DNA of 63,096 nucleotides, the filler included, from Octopus bimaculoides (Eukaryota), in the NCBI RefSeq assembly GCF_001194135.2. It is 4 parts of 4 records of this genome, joined end to end, with 100 filler letters (N's around TTAATTAATTAA, not from the genome) between each part and the next. Parts side by side here need not be neighbours in the genome. Positions count along the whole stretch, not along the records: positions 28,380 to 59,240 come from NC_068995.1; 3 more parts are not named here. The stretch is one strand, 5' to 3'. Shown in pieces: positions 34,521 to 48,059 of the stretch. The position numbers and the translations under genes were made by a program. The notes under the pieces were generated by a model. That model had not been told where the DNA came from. It ran no database searches and saw only the letters and a program-made list of their open reading frames with translations. Within the stretch, counting starts at the first letter, position 1, and every line of letters starts with the position of its first letter.

Positions 34521-36644
34521 TCAAAGGAAAAAAAGTATTTGCAGTCATTTGTAAATTTGTGATGTATACTTTTCACTACATTATTCAGTGAGTGTAGACG
34601 ATTTCGCCCGATAGAAATTTGTCTTATAAGGAAAAAAAGGAAATGAATAGACTGTGACGCATGAAAGATAATTATGTTTTCAAAAGGGATCGGACAAGTG
34701 TAGTTTACCTCGATGGAATGCGAAAGTAGAACGTAGAAGGACTCACTTGAATATTGTACAGTAACTTTTGAATATGCGAGACACGTTAACATACAATCCA
34801 TATGTTGCACGTTTGTTGGTATTGTTTTCTATCCCAAAATCAGTTTTGATCAAACATACGATGTAACGAGATCATCTAGCATTTTAAGAGACATTCGTTC
34901 GGGTTGCAGTATACACAATATCATTCGCCATGAACAGTGACGCGCAATTTGAGCGCTTATTTAATCAAATTATGATATTTGGATTATCGCATGGAGCTCA
35001 TTTCTTATCTTTTTAGAATCGACAATTTCCTGTTTGAAGTTATATTGTTACTTTATTGCAATAATTAAAGATACCCTTTAGGTTAATAATTCCAGCACTT
35101 TAATCTCTGAAGGTATGCTCCTAAACGTTAACGTTCATCATGTTCCATTTTTAGCAACATTGATATCGACAGAAAGAAGGAAAGTAAGGTTTCGTTAATG
35201 CAAAAATTAGTTGCTCATTAAACCCAACAGCACAGCAGTGCAATCTCTGAGGAATTCATTTCCTGGTTTGAACTTTTGTTCAAGATTTCCCACAATAATC
35301 AGAACAGTAGTCCGAATCCAGTGTAGATGTGAAATGTTCCTATGCAGAAGGACACATTGTGAGCAAGATCGACACGGCCACTGCAAAGATAACCTCACGG
35401 TGAAGATAAATCAAGTACCTGTGACAGGATACATACTATTAACTTATCTGTTTTCAATAGTCTATCGCGACCTACACTCTTAGTAATCATGTAATGAATT
35501 ATTTTTTATTGTTATTCATATCACATTGACAACTAAACTTTAATTTTCATATACATTTCGGAAATGCTCAAAATTTACAGTACCTCAAATATCACATAGG
35601 ATAGTAAAATTCTTGATATTCAAAAAATTTATTTTTATTTTTTAAAACCAAATGCTGCTTATAATTATATATTTTCAATGTCATTCCTTAAATTTCTCAG
35701 TCGAGAGATCGTTGTTACAGGCTTGGTGGAGAATTATAAGTAATAGCGAGGCCCATGGAAATTCCATTTGTTATAAAAATTCGTATTTCAAATGTGATGC
35801 TTAACATTTTAGACTTTCGTTATCTTGTTTTGCTATGTAAAATATTGCGATTATTATATCTTTTGGGTTTTATTGTTATAGCTATTTAAATTTACAGAAT
35901 TCATTTCTCTATTTCGGTTATCTGGCTTAACGAAGTCGTTTATGTATGTTAAAAATCTACACCATGTTTTCGATATCGTTCCGTAATCAATGATTGAGAA
36001 GTACCACTTAAACTTTTTTCCTAAATGAAAAACATTCAAAATCTATCTTCTGTTTTGTTCCATACTCATAATCGTCGAAGGCCTATCATTCTAGCTTTTA
36101 TTGTGTTCAAGTTTTCTATTGTTGCTTTGAGTTTGTCCCACTGTTACGGTTGTTATAAGCGTGAACCTGAAATCCATTTTGAGACAACAACAATGCTTAA
36201 TCAAAATAATTTAGACAAGTAACGCACTCGATTTAAAATTTAAGAGCCAGTTCACTGTTCCGCCGAATCAATTCTAAGCATTATGCAGTTAATTGATTCA
36301 CTCCTATATGTACAACATATACATTCATGCGTGCATACTCACTCACAAACACATATGTCTGCTTATATTTTGAAGTAATTTTTTGCTGGTAATATAATTG
36401 CTGAAGCATTAATAAAACAGTTATGTATAAATTTAATTGAATTCTCAAATTTCTTGAGGCTTCCTACACAATATATAATTAGAATATTAACAGTATATAT
36501 ATAAATGAGGTCAGTGGCAAAAAGACAAAAAAATGAAATTTTGACGTATTGAATTTCTCTTACCGTATTCTTTCATAGTTGAAGTTTTCTACTTTACAGT
36601 CATTACAGAAATCCCTTTCGAAATGCATAAAGAATTATTATTTC

Positions 36645-36970
36645 ATTATTTACATTTGATGGATATTTGTCCTCGTCTTGTTTGTTGTTAACACAACGTT
36701 TCGGCTAATATACCCTCCAGCCTTCATCAGGTGTCTTAGGGAAATTTCGAACCTGCGTTCTCATTTCTAAGGTATTTTTTGATGTTATAATTATAATTAT
36801 TGTTGTTATTATTATTATTATTATTGAGGTCACTGCCTGGAATCGAACTCGGAATCTTAGGGAATTAGTAGCCCATGGTCTTAACCACTACACCATATGC
36901 ACGTGCACATGTAAATATATCTGTCAAATGTAAATAATATACATAATTCCTCATCTCTTAAATATAGAAC
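36645..36970 (-). mobile_element. tRNA-headed SINE carrying a hammerhead ribozyme, with an inverted copy of its 3' end on the 5' flank
   Basis: Minus strand: A box tggtgtagtggtt, B box gagttcgattcc (36900-36835), (TAA)n spacer, then hammerhead and tail. 22-bp inverted repeat 36645-36666 / 36917-36938 with 2 mismatches. Confidence 0.8.
36690..36735 (-). ncRNA. Minimal type I hammerhead ribozyme (Penelope/retrozyme type, palindromic stem III)
   Basis: gacac-CUGAUGA-a-GGCUG(gagggtata t)UAGCC-GAAA-CGUU-gugut. Stem I gacac/gugut (5 bp), stem II GGCUG/UAGCC, intact core, palindromic ACGU stem III, predicted cleavage after GUU at 36695. Confidence 0.75.
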
Positions 36971-38929
36971 TGAATTATTATCTCAGTTCCTAAACATTAT
37001 GTCCTCATGGCCAATCCCAAGAATCCTAACCAGAATAATAATCACCGAGTTGTAAATTATGAGAGCTGGCAGAGTACCAAATTAGTCGTTTTTATCCTAT
37101 GTCTTTCTGTTTTTACTTGTACGTTTAAACTATGTCTGTGTATATTTCACCCTTAGATAAAAACTAATATTTCTAGCCCATCAACACTTTGGTGTTGAGT
37201 ATAAAACTGAATAAGGCAGAAAATTGGATGAGCTATTTCGGTGAGCAGCATTCTAAATTCTTGTTACACCGAAGATGAAATTTGTACGGATGAATCTTTG
37301 CTAACCTTTTGTGTGTGCGTGTCGTATGTCAGTAATGAGGACCGACTTTCAGTTGATATCATTTGTGTATTTAACATATTCCAGCTAATTTGTTGCTTTT
37401 AAAGAGAAAAATTATGTAAGTTAGAATATTCCCAATATGTTGTAAAAAATAACTGTTCCTAGAGTTACACCAATCCACTATCTTTTATTAAACTCGAAAG
37501 ACTGAAAGATATAATGGCTGTGAAGGCTTATGAACACAAGTATGAAGAGGGAGAGCATTCTAGAGCTCAAAGTTTTAAGAAGAATGGACTGGACAAACTG
37601 GCTCCAAGGAACAGAAACCATTCTACTAGTGTAATTATCGCAATTTGTATTTATGTATAAATGCATACATGTATGTCACGTTTATTTTTTAATTATTAGA
37701 AATCTTCCACTGAGGAGGGAGCCAGTTTAAAAAAAAAAGATACAAAGATACCTCTTTGGGATGTAGTTGATACAGACAAATGCACATTTGGAACTTGAGA
37801 AAAGTCTTGCATATTTTTACTGCTCCACTCACATATTGTACTTGTAAAGTAAGGATTAGGCGATCGAATCCGCTTTCTGAAAATCTCAGTTTATCCAGAT
37901 TCTCTTTTAAGCGTTTACTAACAAAACCTAGTCCTCCAATTATTATTGGTATGAAAATGAATCCATTGTCTGGATATAGAAACTGGAGGTTTCGAAGCAG
38001 TTGTCCATAGATATCTTCTTTTTCTTTGATTTTTACGGAGATACTTATATCTGCAGGTCACCTGACCTCTATGACGGCACATGACTTTGCCCCTCTGTCG
38101 CAAACAACAATATGTTATGTTTACATTTGACAGAATATTTGATGGGAATATTCACCAGTATTCTTTCAGTTGGTGTTTATGAATGTATTGCTTAACAGAG
38201 GGATTTTCTAAGTTTATTTCAGGACAGTCCCTTTTGCGGATGGCATTGTAAATTACTTTAGCAACATGAACGTGCCACATGGGGAGTTAGTACCATGACG
38301 ACATTTTAAGACAGCAGCTAATCACTTGCGTGATGTCTTCCACAGGAACATGGCATAGACTGCACATGTGGTTGCACCTTGGGATTACAAGAGCGTTACT
38401 GTATGAATGTATGTATGTATGTATGTATGTATGCATGCATGTATTTATCTATCTCTATCTTCTCTCTTTCTCTCTCTCTCTCTCTATCTGTCTCTATCTA
38501 TCTATTGATCTGTCAGAGTTCGCTACGTTGCACCCTGACATGTGTGATGATAAACAATTCCCACATTGCTACCAACCTCCTATAAAAGAAAAACTCCTCA
38601 GATGCTGCCAGAGGATCCATGCGAGTTCGATTAGATCCTCAGTACAACAAAATTCACGAATAACAGTATAAATAATCTCTAAAAAGCAATTTTATTTACT
38701 TATTTTGAAGCATTCTTCGTAATACGGAAACCATAAGTTCTTGTTTCTAAGCGCTGGGGGAAAAATCACGCTAAAACTGAAAACCATTTTAAATGCTTCC
38801 TAGTTAACATTATAAATCATTATACTGCGATATTTTAAATTTGTATGGAAATTGTTTATTTGATTATATCAGGGAGAATTATGAAGAACTTATTATATAA
38901 ATGCCTCAAACTTACGAATCATACTTTCC

Positions 38930-39305
38930 TCTTTCGTTAGCAGAGCTAGAAACTCTAAGTTACGGGGACGTAACGAAACATCACCGGTTGTCAAGTGGCG
39001 GAGGGGTACAAACACATACACAAAACACGGACAAAGATACATACATACACACATTCATACATATATACTTACATGCATAAATATATACATGCATACACAC
39101 ATTATACATACATACACACATGCATACATACACACATACATATACACTACGAACTTCTTTAAGTTTCTGTCGATCAAATCCACTTCGAAGATTTTCGTCG
39201 GCCCGGTGCTAGAGTAGAAGACACTTGCCCAAGATGCTATGCAGTGAGAGAGAACCCGGAACCATCTGGTTGGGAAGCAAGCTTCTTAACGCACAGCTAT
39301 GTGTG
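38930..39305 (-). mobile_element. Near full-length SINE family C with internal (CA/TA) microsatellite
   Basis: ctaagttacggggacg...ggttgtcaag...agtagaagacacttgcccaag...aacccggaaccatctggttgggaagcaagcttcttaacgcacagc; tRNA head plus CORE-like cttgggcaagtgtctt on the minus strand. Confidence 0.85.
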
Positions 39306-39845
39306 TACACTTCTAATTTTTACTCTGAATTTAGAGAGCTCGCCCCAGAAAATGTGTGCCTATCCAAGAATTGAGTATATAGGTGAATTAAATCCGTAAG
39401 ATATGAATACAAGTATGCCAAAAAGAGTATGGAAATAATTTGCATGAGACTCAACTAATAGAAGTTACTCTGTTGTTGCAATGTCACAGTAAATGTCAAC
39501 TGTCAGAAAAACAAAATAAAAAAAAGGTATATAAAAATTATCTAAAACAGTATAGCAATGGCTACCAGTGCAGGAATAGAAACTGTTAAGGTGTCAAGTG
39601 AATGACCTAGGAGAACAAAAAGACTTCAAACTTTAATAACTGATTGGCTACAATGACACATGACAGAAAAATTACAGTAAGCTGTGTCTGCATGAGGGAG
39701 CTATGCCAACAATTACTCTAGAGCATTCGATGGGGAAGGCACTGCCATGACGATGGGGGAGCATTGAATAGATTCGCAGAAATTAGGATCTACCGACTCC
39801 ACTCCATCCAACCAAGCATATATACATACACACGCACATATACGT

Positions 39846-39929
<84 letters not shown>

Positions 39930-39939
39930 NNNNNNNNNN

Positions 39940-40007
<68 letters not shown>

Positions 40008-40879
40008 TTCTCTCCTTCACTTTCTCTTTCTTTGCATCTATATCACTGTCTCTCTGTCTGTATATTCACATGTACGTAAGTATAGTGTGAGAGAGAAATA
40101 AATAGACAGGTTGGTACATACATAGATACATATATTGAGTACATATGTATAAATATACAAATACACACATATGTGGTCGCATATATTGATTCATGTGTAT
40201 GTATATACGTGTATGATTTCTAAATATATGTTTATATATCTGTTAGTAAGAAGACAAAAACAGTCACGTTGGAGCGGCTCTAATTGCGTATAAAAATTCA
40301 CACAATAGCCAGGGAAGCCGGATATTTTAATTTAATTCGCAACAGTATGTAGAAGCTTTGCAATTAGATAGAAGTTCATATCACGTGGTGCACGTGGTGC
40401 ACGTAGTGACGTGTTCAGAGTTTAATCACTACGAATCGTTAACGAAGAATGTTGAAAATATTCAAAACACAAAAGAAATGCTAGGGTGTGGGGGGAAAGG
40501 GTGATAAATACCTCTTCTTCTCGTAAACAGCATGGAGTGGCAGCATTAAGAATTTTAAAATCACATTTTGAAACTAATGGTAATTAATAATCATATTCCT
40601 AACAACCAGTTCCCTATAGTGGAACCTAAAATAAAAAGGAGAACAACTAAAAGGGAATTAAATAAAATAAGATCGACAGTTGCTTTAATGATAATAACAA
40701 TAACAGCTACAATTTTTTGAGAAGATCTATACTTATTGTGGAATGTCAAGGGCTCTTATACACATCAACAAAATAATAATCATAAAATGAATTAATGATT
40801 GATAAATGATCGTTGCCTTAATGATGTTGACAATGATGTGGATGTGATTATAATGAAGGTAATGTTCATGTTACTAATA

Positions 40880-41110
40880 GTTTATGCTAATGATGAAACT
40901 GATAGTATTAATGATGGCGGTCATAATATTATTGGGAATGGTAATGATAATTAAGCTGCTGCTGCTGATGATGGTGATGATGATGACGATGACGACGACA
41001 ACGACGATGACAACGACGACGACGTTGACAACGATGATGAAGATGACGATGACAGTGATGACGACGACGATGACGATGATGATAGCTATGCTGATGAAAA
41101 ATAAGAGGAA
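40880..41110. repeat. Imperfect (GAT/GAC)n microsatellite followed by a purine-rich tract
   Basis: Directly visible. Confidence 0.9.
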
Positions 41111-42284
41111 GATGCCGTCGGGAAAGGTAGTCATATGAATTCGCTTAAGAAAAGCAGTGTATTAATAACTATAGTCATTAGGAAGAAGAAAATAAACGAA
41201 GTGCAGGAAACGGGGGAAAGGGGGACAAATAGGAAAAGAGAGGAGAAGGTAAAGAAGAAAAGAAGAAGAAGAAAGAAAGAGGCAGAGAATAATAATGGGA
41301 AGACAAACTAGGAATGAATAAAGAGAAATATTTATATGTATATATAAAAGAATAAAATATGCATGAGAATGTATTAGAATCTATGAATGTACAAATATGT
41401 ATTTATACGAATGAATAAATGTATAGTTGTATAAATAGCGGCTTTTGTAATATTGCGTAAAGTATAAATGTTTAGTTGTATAAGTGCGTATAAACGAATA
41501 GTTGAATGAATGAATATGCAACTGTACCTACTTTTCTTGCAGAGACAAAATATGTACCATCTTTCTTCAGGGAATATAGGCAAACGGAAAGAATTAGGAT
41601 ATTATAGAAATCCGAGATACGTTGTATAGAACTGGCATATATGTTGCCCCCACGTGTCGTTAATTTTACTGTATATTTGAATACTTATAAGTAATCATAT
41701 TATGAATGCCGTGTCCAATATCACCGGTCTCTTGGATACTTAAGAGAAATTCTACTCTAATCAGTGTATGGAAGAGAAGTCACCTTGGTGGAGACCAAAA
41801 TTTGCATTTAATTCTGTCGGAAACTAAATAAATGCATCTCATTCATAGCAATATATTTCCACTGATTATTGTTGTAATTTGTTTTTATTCACGGCTTCTA
41901 TTTAAAGATAGCTTACTTCGTTGATCGTAGCACTAAAATTCACAGTGAAATATAGAACAACATTTTGAACTGTGTATGCAGCGAGACCTAGCTTTGAAAT
42001 TGATACATCTTAATTCAGCTTAAAACGTTAATATATGCTAAAACAAGTAAAACACGTATTAGAATTCATATCGTTGCACGGGGATCCGAATTTGTTATTT
42101 TTGTGAAAAAGACAATCTTCTGTTTTTGTTACATTTTCCTTTTGTGTTTGAATACAGGTTTGCTCCAGTCATTTATACTTTGTTAAAAAAAAAGAAGCAA
42201 ATCCTTAACTATAATAACGTTAACACTGCTTCCATGTTAATAAACAATGGTTTCCATATTGGAGCGGCGTCGAGATGATAGGAA

Positions 42285-42930
42285 CATTATTAGCAAGCCG
42301 GGTAAAATGCTTAGCGGCATTTCGCCCGTCTTGGCACTCTGAGTTCAAATTCCGCCAAGGTCGACTAGGTCGACTTCGCCTTTCATTCTTTCACGATCGA
42401 TGAAATAAGTAGCAATTGATAACTGGGGGTCGATGTAATCTACTTGCCACTCGCCCGAAATTGGTGGCACTTTACCAAAATTTGCAACCAACATTACTTC
42501 AGTTTCAAGAGTAACGGATTGACAGAGTCCTACAAGCGGTGGACAAAGTGACCTGTAGTTCTCTACGTTCTAAATTTAATTCCCATCGATGTCAACAGTG
42601 ATTTCATCCTTCCCAAATTAATAAATTAAAATACTAGTCAAGTACTGAGGTGAGTCAGATGGACAAATCATATATGTTACATCTCCCACGATATCTGCTT
42701 CAGAGACCATGAAATGGAATATTAACGATGAGCGACATACTAGTAGGCTAATGTTAATATATAAACAGGAGCCAAGCCGCTGAGCTGGCAAAATCGATAG
42801 CAGGTCGACATATCCTTTCATCCTTCTGGGGGTCGATAAAATAAATACCAATTGTATACTGGGGCCAATGTAATCAGCTACCCACCGACATCGCTTGCTT
42901 TGTGCAGAAATTTGAAATCATTATGTTAAT
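42285..42930 (+). mobile_element. Cluster of 2-3 SINE family B copies (42285-42500, degenerate ~42540-42640, 42775-42930)
   Basis: aaatgcttagcggcatttcg...ctgagttcaaattccgccaaggtcgac and cctttcatccttctggggtcgataaaataaatacc. Confidence 0.8.
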
Positions 42931-43537
42931 GTGAACCACAACACTACATTTCATTGGAGAAAGTATGAAAATCTTGTACTTTCATTTTCTTATCAAAAGA
43001 GGATTATTGGAATGTTTTAGTATAATACAGTTAAACTGAAGAAAGGGACAGAAGTCTGGTGATTATGAAGTTATAAAGCATAAGAATTGTCCAAGATGGC
43101 CTTTAACTAACGATTGAGGTGTGTATTACCGGAACAGTCTTTATAAGAAATTTATATCAAGACAGTATTCCTATATTTTTAAAGAAATATTTTATTTATG
43201 GGTCAACGATTCTCGCTGCGAAAGAAAGATGTACGCGATTTGAATTTTTTATTAACGTTATTTTCCATTGGCGTTTTCTCCAATGTAAACATTAAGGTAT
43301 ATGAAATAATATTCCATTTCATTCTGTCCTATAACTATGTGCTCAGAGTATATGTAATAGAATCCAGCTTACTTATTAGCAGGTTCATAATGGAAACACA
43401 GAAGCTATGTATTATGAAAGAAACCATGTTTATGAAGTACTGTATTATTTTTTCTAAGTTTTGGTGTGTGTGTGTGTGTGTATGTGTGTATGTATAATGC
43501 TAACATATATGTATATGCTTGTTTGCATGTATGTATG

Positions 43538-43568
<31 letters not shown>

Positions 43569-44350
43569 GTATATGTATGTATGTATGTTTGTATGTATGT
43601 ATATTTATTTATTTATTGCAAACAACTTGCAAATACAAGTGCTATCAGTTGAAAGCTCTGCATACTGGATGCTGGCAAGTTTATGTGGCCATCATAAGAC
43701 AATGCGCACCGTTTCGGGGCCCTTCTCTCGAGGACAACATTGCACACCGTCCCCACCCTCTGTAATGAGGCCCAGCCTGCTAAGTCAAATGGTTATTAGG
43801 TTCTGCTCAATACACACACACACACGCACATATATATTAGCAAAAGGTAAGGGATTACCCCCAAACGATTACCAGTTTGCTCTCAGTTAGGTATTCAAAA
43901 TATGTCATTCAACAGTTGATATATAAATCCAAGACCTTAAAGAAAGAAATTAGAGGAATATTCCTTTGGATAATTCTGAATATATTTCCTTAACCATATA
44001 GGTTTCCTGGAGTATAAATATTGACAATATTAAAAATAAGTATTACTACGAAGTATCAATAGCATTAACTTCAATTCTATAGTTACATACTGCCTTTTAA
44101 GACCAACACATGTTTCAATCGTACCGATTTGTAATATTTGCAATTGCAACCTTACTTTAAAACGGTACAGTCTCCTTGGGGTCTTAACTTGATGTCCCTC
44201 GGTATAAACGCTTAATGATTTTCTTGTAAAACCTATCCGTTGTATAATGTTGTACAATCTCTATTTCTGTATTTGAAGTTTTTTTTGAATACTTATTATC
44301 AGTCCTTCGTTTCAAAACCTTCTATAGGTTAAATCTACGTATCTATCTAC

Positions 44351-44404
<54 letters not shown>

Positions 44405-46375
44405 NNNNNNNNNNNNNNNNNNNNNNNNNNNNNNNNNNNNNNNNNNNNNNNNNNNNNNNNNNNNNNNNNNNNNNNNNNNNNNNNNNNNNNNNNNNNNNNN
44501 NNNNNNNNNNNNNNNNNNNNNNNNNNNNNNNNNNNNNNNNNNNNNNNNNNNNNNNNNNNNNNNNNNNNNNNNNNNNNNNNNNNNNNNNNNNNNNNNNNNN
44601 NNNNNATAATTTATCCCAGTGGCTAGCATGCGTAAAAAAATGCAAATAGGCATAAATATTTTTACAATATATAATAGTGTATAACATTTATACTCAGAGG
44701 GGAGACCAGTATGTGATCTTGTTAATGCTAAAAAGGGAAGTCAAATTCTCAAACTACGAAAGAACATTCTTATTTAGAGCACTTTGATTGCAAGCGAGCC
44801 AGACTACTTGAAAGAGTTAAAATATCATTTAATTCTATACTCCGAAGTTTCACCATGAATGAATAAATAATTAAATAAATCAATCAATTAATCAATCAAC
44901 TGATGAATCAACCATCCGTAGATTTTCCTATTTCTTAAATTTTTCAGGTTTGGTATCTGTAACATATCTCTTCTAAGGCAGTTTTGCATAGGTATGCAGT
45001 ATGTGAAAGTGTTTTCATATTGATGAGAAATTCATTATCAATTTAACAATTTGCTAATAATTCATTATTTAAGATTCTGTTATTGAAATCAGTTTCAATT
45101 AGATTATTTTTGTTCTTTACCCTATATCTAAATATTAAATCATTCATGCATACATTTACGTATATATGTATAAAACTGTGTTGTTGTTTAATGAAATATA
45201 CACGAAACATGTATATATATATGTTTGTATGCATATTACTATACACAAATACAGGAATGTTGAAAAATTTGCCTATTTGTGTTTGTTTCTCAAAAAAATA
45301 AACATTGCGAAACACACAGAAGTCGTTCATAAATACAACAGAATACTGTGTGTGATCTTGGTCTGCAACACCAACACATCCCTAAATATCCACACCTCAA
45401 TAAAATTAATGCCCACTTGTAAGTGTATGTTTTCTTAAGAGTGTATATGTGTTTGTCAATGTCCATTAATACGCGATGGGAATTTTTTTTAATGCAATCC
45501 TTTATATGATCTTCATAATACTGTAATATCTATGTAATGTACTGTGCATCTACTTATAAGATGCTGCATTTGACATTTTATTCCCCGCCTGTTAACGTTT
45601 CATTAAAACCGTTAATACGAGTTTCAAACACACATTTGCTACTGCATTATTTCTGTGTTCAGTAAAGAGCTCTTAAAAGGAATCCTTCTCCACGCACCTG
45701 CCTTCTTTCTTACTTTTTATTCATCACAATGCTTTCAAAGTGTCCTACTTTTAAAAGCTCTGAACTGGCATTTTCTCCAACTACACATTCATTCGTTATG
45801 ATTTGTTATGTTAACGCCTTATCCTGTCTTAAATTGACGCCAATCTGTTCAGCTTACATAAAATAGGACAGTGAATGAGAAAGGAAAAAAAAAATATATC
45901 AAAAAGCACACACTCATACATACACCGTGTTTCTATTCAATTCTTTCCGTTAGCTATTCGCTGCAATTTACCATTGTTCGTACATTCAAAATTCATGTGT
46001 TCTCTCCATTTCTGTGGTCTATTGTGCGAAACAATTGCTTGATGAGGAGAAAGAGAAAAAGAATTGGAATTAAATTGCTTGAAATATCGCGTAACTAACA
46101 TCTAGGCACTTTTATCTATAAATATGAGGTGATGTAACAAAGCTTTAAACTCTCCAAATGTCGGAGTGTCTACACTACCCAAACACACACAAACACATCC
46201 ATCCATCCATCCATACATACATACATACATATACATATAAATAAATATANNNNNNNNNNNNNNNNNNNNNNNNNNNNNNNNNNNNNNNNNNNNNNNNNNN
46301 NNNNNNNNNNNNNNNNNNNNNNNNNNNNNNNNNNNNNNNNNNNNNNNNNNNNNNNNNNNNNNNNNNNNNNNNNNN

Positions 46376-46403
<28 letters not shown>

Positions 46404-46407
<4 letters not shown>

Positions 46408-47311
46408 CTCATCCCGTAAGTAATGGTTTTTTTATACCTTTTATTTTTCAAAATGAAGATAAAGAAAATTATTTAAAATCTAAAATAGACTCTCCTTCGT
46501 TTTCTACAATGCTTCTCCATCTATTTGGTGGACTTGCAAGGTCTCTCCTCCAAAATTCAACTGTCCGTGAAGAAAATTACTCCTCTAATACTGTTTTAAC
46601 CTCGTCTCCAGAATTCATATTTTTTCCATCCAAATGATTTTGAAAACTGCGGAATATATGATAATGAAATGGGGCAATGCCAGTCGAGTATGGTGAGTGT
46701 GGCATCGTTTTCCATTCAAACTACTCCAGCCTTCGGAATTTCATCCTCGCTGTATTTGGCCGAGAATTATCTTGATGGAAGAACGCCTTTCGTCTTGAAA
46801 CCAAAGATGGTCGTTTTCCGATGGCACGAAGGTGTCTATGAATGTTTGAATGACAACATCCAAGCTTCTCTGCTAGTAAATCTACAGTTACGACGGGATT
46901 TTGTTCCACCAGAGTGTGCAGGATGTTCTCGTCAATCTCTGCAGATCTTCCAGGAAGAGGCTTGTCTTCTAGGCTGTAGTTTCTGGCTCGGAAATACTGG
47001 AACCACCGTCGATACTGGCTTATGCTTAGTGTCCGATCCTCCTATACTGCGTTTATATTTCTCGCACTTTTCGTTGCGTTGTTGCCTTTATTGACCTCCT
47101 AAATCAAAATATGCTGATTATGCTCCTTTGTCACTTCATTTATAGCTTTGAAAAAATAACTGCTAAACTCGAACTGCACTCTTCAAAATTTGTTCTAAGG
47201 TTAAGGACAAGGTAAATTTACTACCTGCTTTTATAGCAAGTTGCAGCGGGTAGTTTATAGACTTTTAGTTCATGCGATAGAAGAAACCGTATTATTTATG
47301 GGATGACCTAA
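46404..47311 (-). mobile_element. Internally deleted mariner with both TIRs and TA TSDs (non-autonomous, 908 bp)
   Basis: TIRs ttggctcatcccgtaagtaatgg / ttaggtcatcccataaataatacgg flanked by TA. Encodes NKGNNATKSARNINAV...WFQ, then EQNP..TV..LAEKLG..H.NIHRHL.AIGK fused to FFHQDNSRP.TA, plus a decayed HPPYSPDLAP region. Confidence 0.9.
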
Positions 47312-47388
47312 TATGCACAAGTATGTCTGTATACGTACACACACACGCACACATACATACACACATACACACACACACACACACACAC

Positions 47389-47439
<51 letters not shown>

Positions 47440-47699
47440 CATATATCTATCTCTCCATCTATCCACACACACACACACACACACATATAAGTACACATCT
47501 AAATATATTTATGTATATGTATATATAAGAGGATGGGATGAACTATTCATATGCTGACTGTGGAGGAGTAATGCAAGATGCAAGAGCTGTGAAATCTTGC
47601 ATGTATTAATTTCATATCTTATTAATAACGGCATAATTTCTCAATCCAGGAAAACTAATATCTGATTTTTGAGAAAAGACTTTATATGTAACTAGTAGC

Positions 47700-48040
47700 C
47701 ACTTCTCTTGGAAATGGATAAAAATTACTGTTTGATGAAGTACCTCCAAGGACATCCACGCTGAAATGATTGCTACATTTGGGGAAGATTCTACAGTTTT
47801 ATTAACAGTGCAGGTGTAAATGGATGGCTGAATTTAGGACGGAACGGAGTGTCTTCAGGATGACCCAAAGCCTTGATGTCCTGCAACTGCCATCACCGAG
47901 GATGACATTGAACGTGTTGACCACATTGTGATGAATTGCATGCAAGTGACTATGAATCGAATAGCCAATGCTATTAGCATAACCCGCGAGAGGTTTAGAT
48001 TATTCTGCACAATGATGTTGGATGACGAAGGCTGTCTGAC
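47700..48040 (+). mobile_element. Mariner (irritans-like) N-terminal HTH remnant
   Basis: Decayed PKDIHAEMIATFGED..TV..WMAEFR....LQDDP....PATAITEDDIERVDHIVM......IANAISITRE. Confidence 0.75.
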
Positions 48041-48059
48041 GCAGGTCTAAATATTTTTT

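Noticed and set aside
35207-35483. Overlapping 63-aa and 90-aa ORFs with a minus-strand acceptor-like site
   Set aside because: No matching donor, no recognisable protein, and the length is within chance expectation.
36830-36900. tRNA gene candidates (A and B boxes here and in SINE heads at 710, 8100, 22545, 53660 and 54905)
   Set aside because: No complete cloverleaf, acceptor stem or oligo-T terminator; each continues into a SINE body.
38223-38300. Possible small terminal exon (TVPFADGIVNYFSNMNVPHGELVP-stop) after tttatttcag
   Set aside because: No upstream partner exon or known motif; insufficient evidence.
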